Below, piece by piece: positions 59,790 through 64,000 of a DNA stretch of 64,000 bases. The translations under genes were made by a program, and so were the position numbers. Origin of the DNA: a virus; IMG/VR virus record IMGVR_UViG_3300020248_000002; one strand, 5' to 3'. The notes below the pieces were generated by a model, which made no database searches, was not told the origin of the DNA, and worked only from the letters and a program-made list of their open reading frames with translations. Each line of letters opens with the position of its first letter. Position 1 is the stretch's first letter.

Positions 59790-62573
59790 ATGGCATCCAC
59801 CCAACTTTCACCAGGGGTCGTTGTACTTGAGAAGGATCTGACAACAGTTGCAAATGCAACTTTAGATAATGTGGCAGTGATTGTTGGTTCCTTTGAAAAG
59901 GGTCCTGTTAACAAGATTGTTGACATTACAAGCGAGAAAGAATTACTTTCTATCTTTGGTAGACCTAATGATTATAACTACGAATACTGGTTTAGTGCAT
60001 CACAGTTCCTACTCTATGGCGGTACATTAAAAGTTATTAGAGCAGAAGCAAGTGCACTTAAAAACGCAATAGATACAGCACAAACAACTCAGACTGTATT
60101 TTCTGGTTCAGACACAACTCTTACAGTTCAAAACAGTACAGACTTTGCTCAGAACGATTTCATATTAATCGACGCTGAAATTCTACAAGTAACTGCTGTT
60201 AACAGTAATGACCTTACAGTTCTACGTGGACAGTTAGCATCTGCTGCTACTTCACACGCTGCGGGATCTGCGGTCACATTAATTGAAGCAGCAGGAACTT
60301 CAACCACTATAAACGAAGGTGGAACACTTAGTGCTGCTGATACAACAATTACTGTTTCTGACGCAGGTACTCTTGGCGTACAGTTAAATGACTACTTAAA
60401 GATTGAAGATGAGATAGTACGTGCATCTGCAATCGTTGGAAACAACATAACAGTAACACGTGGAGAACTAAGCACAACCGCTGCATCTCATACAGACGGT
60501 GTTGCTATTAGTCGTCTAACAGTTACAGTCGGTAAGACATCTATCAACGAAGTAACAACAACTGGTGTTACTGCACCTCTTATCAAAAACATTGAGCAGT
60601 ATGAAACAACTGTTGAAACTGCTGCTAATGCTTGGAAGTGGGGTTCAAGATTCCCTGGAATCTATGGTAACTCTATAAGAGTTGTAATGACAGATGCAGG
60701 TCCAGATCAAATCTTATCACTTGCAGAACCAACATCTGCTGAGTGGGACTTTTCAGATATAATTACAAACTCAACTAATGTAGTTTACAACTTAGGAAAC
60801 TCACAGGCAAAAGTATTTTCCTACACAATGGTCGTAACATTTGATGCAACTACAATCAATGGTGACTTCAAAAAAGATGAATACTGGAGAGCAGAGAGTT
60901 CTACAGGATCATCCGTTGACGTTCTTGGTCAAGTTGTAGCATACGATCCTGTAACAAGAAAGATTGAACTTAGCGTAGACTACGCCCAGTCATCTGACTT
61001 CTTACAAATAGGTGACGTTATTGCACTATGGGATGCAGCATCAGGTGGTAACAGAACTGGTGACAAAGCAACAGTACAAAGTGTTGAGCGTCAATTACGT
61101 GTTGTAAACGCAGCAGGTTCAGAAAACTTTGCAGCAAACTACACAATAGATGATGACAACACTTCTGGTGGTGGTATTCAAATCTTAAGTGTACGTTCAG
61201 ATTACGAAGAGCGTTACTATGGTGGTGAGCAAAAATGGATCAACATTGCTCCACGTCCTACAACTTCTCCTTGGGTTTCAGATCGTGGTGGTGACAACGA
61301 CCAGATGCACATCCTTGTACTTGATGGAGACGGAAAACTAACAGGAACTCCTGGATCACTTCTTGAGAAATTCCTATTTGTTTCTAAGTCCACAGATGCT
61401 AAAGGTGTACAGGGCGAAACACTATACTACAAAGACGTTATTAAAGCAAACTCAGCATACATTTACTGGGGTAGTCACGAAGGATCATCTATAATGGATG
61501 TTGACGGTGCTGCTAATGGTGGATTTGGTTTATCAGGTGTGTCTCGTTCATTCGATCTTATCAAATACGGAACACCTCTTAAGACTAAAGAAACAAATTT
61601 AGGTCGCGAAATCATTGGTACAACTAACGGATCAACTGTTAAGTACACACTACAAGGTGGTGTTGACGGATATACAGTTGCTCGTTCTGACATCCTTGGA
61701 GGTTATGACCTCGTAGGTGATAAGGAAACAGTTGATGTAGATTACATCTTAATGGGTCCATCAATGGCAAGCACTAATGATACTGTTGCTAAAGCACAGA
61801 AGATCATTGACATTGCTGCAACTCGTAAAGATTGTATCGCATTTGTTTCTCCATCACGCGGAGACATTATTGGTCAGTCTGACACAAATGTAATTGTGAA
61901 CAAGACTATCGATATGTACGAGCAATTAGGTAGTACATCTTACGCGGTATTCGATAACAACTACAAATACATCTATGACAAGTATAACGATCAATATCGT
62001 TACATTCCTTGTAACGCAGACGTTGCAGGTCTTGTACTAGGTGCAACATTAAATTCAGAAGCGTGGTTCTCACCCGCAGGATTTAACAGAGGACAGTTAC
62101 GTAACGCAATCAAACTTGCTTACTCTCCTCTAAAAGATCATAGAGACAAACTCTATGCTGCAAGAGTCAACCCAATCGTATCATTCCCAGGTCAGGGTAT
62201 TGTACTATTCGGTGACAAGACTGCACTTTCATATCAATCAGCATTCGATAGAATTAACGTTCGTCGCTTGTTCTTGGTACTAGAAGATGCAATCTCAGAC
62301 GCAGCGAAAACACAACTATTTGAACTCAATGATGAGTTTACACGTTCTTCATTCAAGAACATTGTAGAACCATTCTTGCGTTCCATACAATCTCGTCGCG
62401 GAATCGTTGATTTCTTGGTCGTTTGCGATACGAGCAATAACCCACCTGAGGCTATAGATAGAGGAGAGTTCTTCGCGGAGATATTCGTGAAACCAACACG
62501 CTCTATTAACTACATTACATTAACCTTCACTGCAACTAGAACTGGTTCTAGTTTCTCTGAAGTAACTAACTAA
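59790..62573 (+). CDS. gp18: Tail sheath protein gp18 (enlarged, 927 aa)
   Basis: LSPGVVV.E.DLT, F.KGP, WFSPAGFNRG, LFGDKT, AFDRINVRRLF, FELNDEFTR, F.KP.RSINYI.L.F.ATRTG. Confidence 0.97.
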   Translation: MASTQLSPGVVVLEKDLTTVANATLDNVAVIVGSFEKGPVNKIVDITSEKELLSIFGRPNDYNYEYWFSASQFLLYGGTLKVIRAEASALKNAIDTAQTTQTVFSGSDTTLTVQNSTDFAQNDFILIDAEILQVTAVNSNDLTVLRGQLASAATSHAAGSAVTLIEAAGTSTTINEGGTLSAADTTITVSDAGTLGVQLNDYLKIEDEIVRASAIVGNNITVTRGELSTTAASHTDGVAISRLTVTVGKTSINEVTTTGVTAPLIKNIEQYETTVETAANAWKWGSRFPGIYGNSIRVVMTDAGPDQILSLAEPTSAEWDFSDIITNSTNVVYNLGNSQAKVFSYTMVVTFDATTINGDFKKDEYWRAESSTGSSVDVLGQVVAYDPVTRKIELSVDYAQSSDFLQIGDVIALWDAASGGNRTGDKATVQSVERQLRVVNAAGSENFAANYTIDDDNTSGGGIQILSVRSDYEERYYGGEQKWINIAPRPTTSPWVSDRGGDNDQMHILVLDGDGKLTGTPGSLLEKFLFVSKSTDAKGVQGETLYYKDVIKANSAYIYWGSHEGSSIMDVDGAANGGFGLSGVSRSFDLIKYGTPLKTKETNLGREIIGTTNGSTVKYTLQGGVDGYTVARSDILGGYDLVGDKETVDVDYILMGPSMASTNDTVAKAQKIIDIAATRKDCIAFVSPSRGDIIGQSDTNVIVNKTIDMYEQLGSTSYAVFDNNYKYIYDKYNDQYRYIPCNADVAGLVLGATLNSEAWFSPAGFNRGQLRNAIKLAYSPLKDHRDKLYAARVNPIVSFPGQGIVLFGDKTALSYQSAFDRINVRRLFLVLEDAISDAAKTQLFELNDEFTRSSFKNIVEPFLRSIQSRRGIVDFLVVCDTSNNPPEAIDRGEFFAEIFVKPTRSINYITLTFTATRTGSSFSEVTN

Positions 62574-62587
62574 TCAAGAGACTAACA

Positions 62588-63259
62588 ATGGCAGAAGCAC
62601 AACCAGGACAGGTACAAGGTGCAAATATAAAAGCACCTATCTTTACCTTCCGAGATAACGTAAAGGACTTTGCACGTCCTAATCTGTTCCAAGTTGAAGT
62701 GTTTGCACCTCCTGTTTTACAGGATGCAATTACACCCCAACCTGGTGGAGTAAGTGGATCAACCGCAGAAGTTTTAGAAACATCAGCGGGTGGTTCACAA
62801 TTAAACGCAGCATCAGCAAATGCGTTTGGTACATTCCTTGTAAAGGCAGCAAACATTCCTGCATCAGTTGTAGGAGTTGTTAACGTTCCTTACAGAGGAA
62901 GACAATTAAAAATTGCAGGTGATAGAACCTTTGAACCTTGGACAGTAACTGTACTTAATGATCAGTCATTTAAGTTCAGAGCATTCTTCGAGGCGTGGTC
63001 ATCTAACATCCAAGCACTACAACAAAACTTCCAAAACTCAAATACTATTGCAGACTATCAGTCTACAGCAAAAGTTCGTCAGATGGATCGTAAAGGAAAC
63101 ATCATCAGAACTTATAGATTTGAAGGTATCTGGCCAAGCAACATTAGTGCTATCGAACTTGACTGGGGAACAAATGACACTCCAGAAGAGTACACTGTAG
63201 AGTTCCAAGTACAATACTGGACATACGATACAGACGTAGATAGCGGAAACCAGTCATAA
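62588..63259 (+). CDS. gp19: Tail tube protein gp19
   Basis: ARPNLFQV, KAANIPAS.VG...VPYRGR.LKIAGDRTFEPWTVTV.ND, WP.NIS.IELDW. Confidence 0.97.
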   Translation: MAEAQPGQVQGANIKAPIFTFRDNVKDFARPNLFQVEVFAPPVLQDAITPQPGGVSGSTAEVLETSAGGSQLNAASANAFGTFLVKAANIPASVVGVVNVPYRGRQLKIAGDRTFEPWTVTVLNDQSFKFRAFFEAWSSNIQALQQNFQNSNTIADYQSTAKVRQMDRKGNIIRTYRFEGIWPSNISAIELDWGTNDTPEEYTVEFQVQYWTYDTDVDSGNQS

Positions 63260-63277
63260 AAGGCGGTTTCTTACCTC

Positions 63278-63285
63278 GCTAAATA
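63278..63285 (+). promoter_or_regulatory. T4-type late promoter variant (GCTAAATA)
   Basis: Intergenic, 25 nt upstream of the gp20 ATG. Confidence 0.7.
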
Positions 63286-63310
63286 GTTACGTAGAACAGG
63301 TACATAGTTA

Positions 63311-64000
63311 ATGTCTCAACTTTTTGGTTATTCTCTTGAGCGTGCGAAGAAGGGTCAGAGTAATGGTCCTTCTTTTGTGCGTAAAGAATCTGATGATGCT
63401 GCAACTCCCGTAGCAGGTGGTGGTTATTTTGGAACCGCTATTGACTTAGATGGTAGTTATAAAGACGAATCAGATCTTATTAGACGATATAGAGAAATGT
63501 CCATTCACCCAGAGTGTGATAGGGCAGTGGATGATGTTGTCAATGAGGCAATCGCAGGTGACAGAGATGATAGTCCCGTAGATGTAGACCTAGCAAACCT
63601 AGAAGTAAGTGCAGCGATACGCAAAAAAATCAGAGATGAGTTTCATAACGTTCTCAGATTACTAGATTTTGATAAGAAAGCATACGATATATTCCGCAGA
63701 TGGTACATAGATGGAAAGTTATATTATCATAAGGTCATTGATACTAAAAATCCTCGTCGTGGTATTACAGAGTTAAGGTACATTGACCCCCGTAAGATTC
63801 GTAAAGTAATAGAATTTGAAGCAAAGAAAGATAGACAGTTTGTAGATCCACGCACAATGGAATCTTTGACTGCACCTAGATCAGCAGAATATTACGTTTA
63901 CAATCAAAAAGGTTTACGTGGTCTTGAAACTACAGGGATCAAGATTGCATCTGATGCTATTGCTTTCTGCCACAGTGGTTTGAAAGATATGAATAAGAAT
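63311..64000 (+). CDS. gp20: Portal protein gp20 (5' part, truncated by window end)
   Basis: Hand translation MSQLFGYSL...LIRRYREMSIHPECDRAVDDVVNEAI...FRRWYIDGKLYYHKVID...ELRYIDPRKIRKV. Confidence 0.95.
   Translation, partial: MSQLFGYSLERAKKGQSNGPSFVRKESDDAATPVAGGGYFGTAIDLDGSYKDESDLIRRYREMSIHPECDRAVDDVVNEAIAGDRDDSPVDVDLANLEVSAAIRKKIRDEFHNVLRLLDFDKKAYDIFRRWYIDGKLYYHKVIDTKNPRRGITELRYIDPRKIRKVIEFEAKKDRQFVDPRTMESLTAPRSAEYYVYNQKGLRGLETTGIKIASDAIAFCHSGLKDMNKN

Overview
AT-rich, single-orientation (+ strand) segment of a T4-like marine cyanomyovirus. pcyA, 2OG-Fe(II) oxygenases and low GC by eye suggest a Prochlorococcus/Synechococcus host. It covers the virion morphogenesis module: a short non-coding regulatory stretch, small accessory genes (NlpC/P60, AbrB-like, 2OG-Fe(II) oxygenase), PAAR spike tip, baseplate gp25-gp6-giant gp7 (7028 aa)-YHYH protein-gp9-like-gp8, a VrlC-like protein, a long tail fibre, neck gp13/gp14, gp15, terminase gp16/gp17, the variable g16-g17 island, sheath gp18, tube gp19 and the start of portal gp20. 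T4-type late promoters (NNTAAATA) occur throughout. Eight small genes missing from or mis-started in the ORF track were read by hand. Most notable observations: (1) an up to eight-level nested (Matryoshka) domain architecture inside gp7; (2) a basic 632-aa protein that looks like a capsid-targeted, prohead-protease-processed polyprotein; (3) amicyanin-like C-x2-H-x2-M copper motifs on baseplate proteins; (4) codon-level avoidance of CATG, AGCT, CTGCAG, GGCC and GCTGG/CCAGC; (5) a Fur-box-like palindrome at the window start. No CRISPR, tRNA, intein or transposase was seen. All family assignments are from motif recognition, not database searches.
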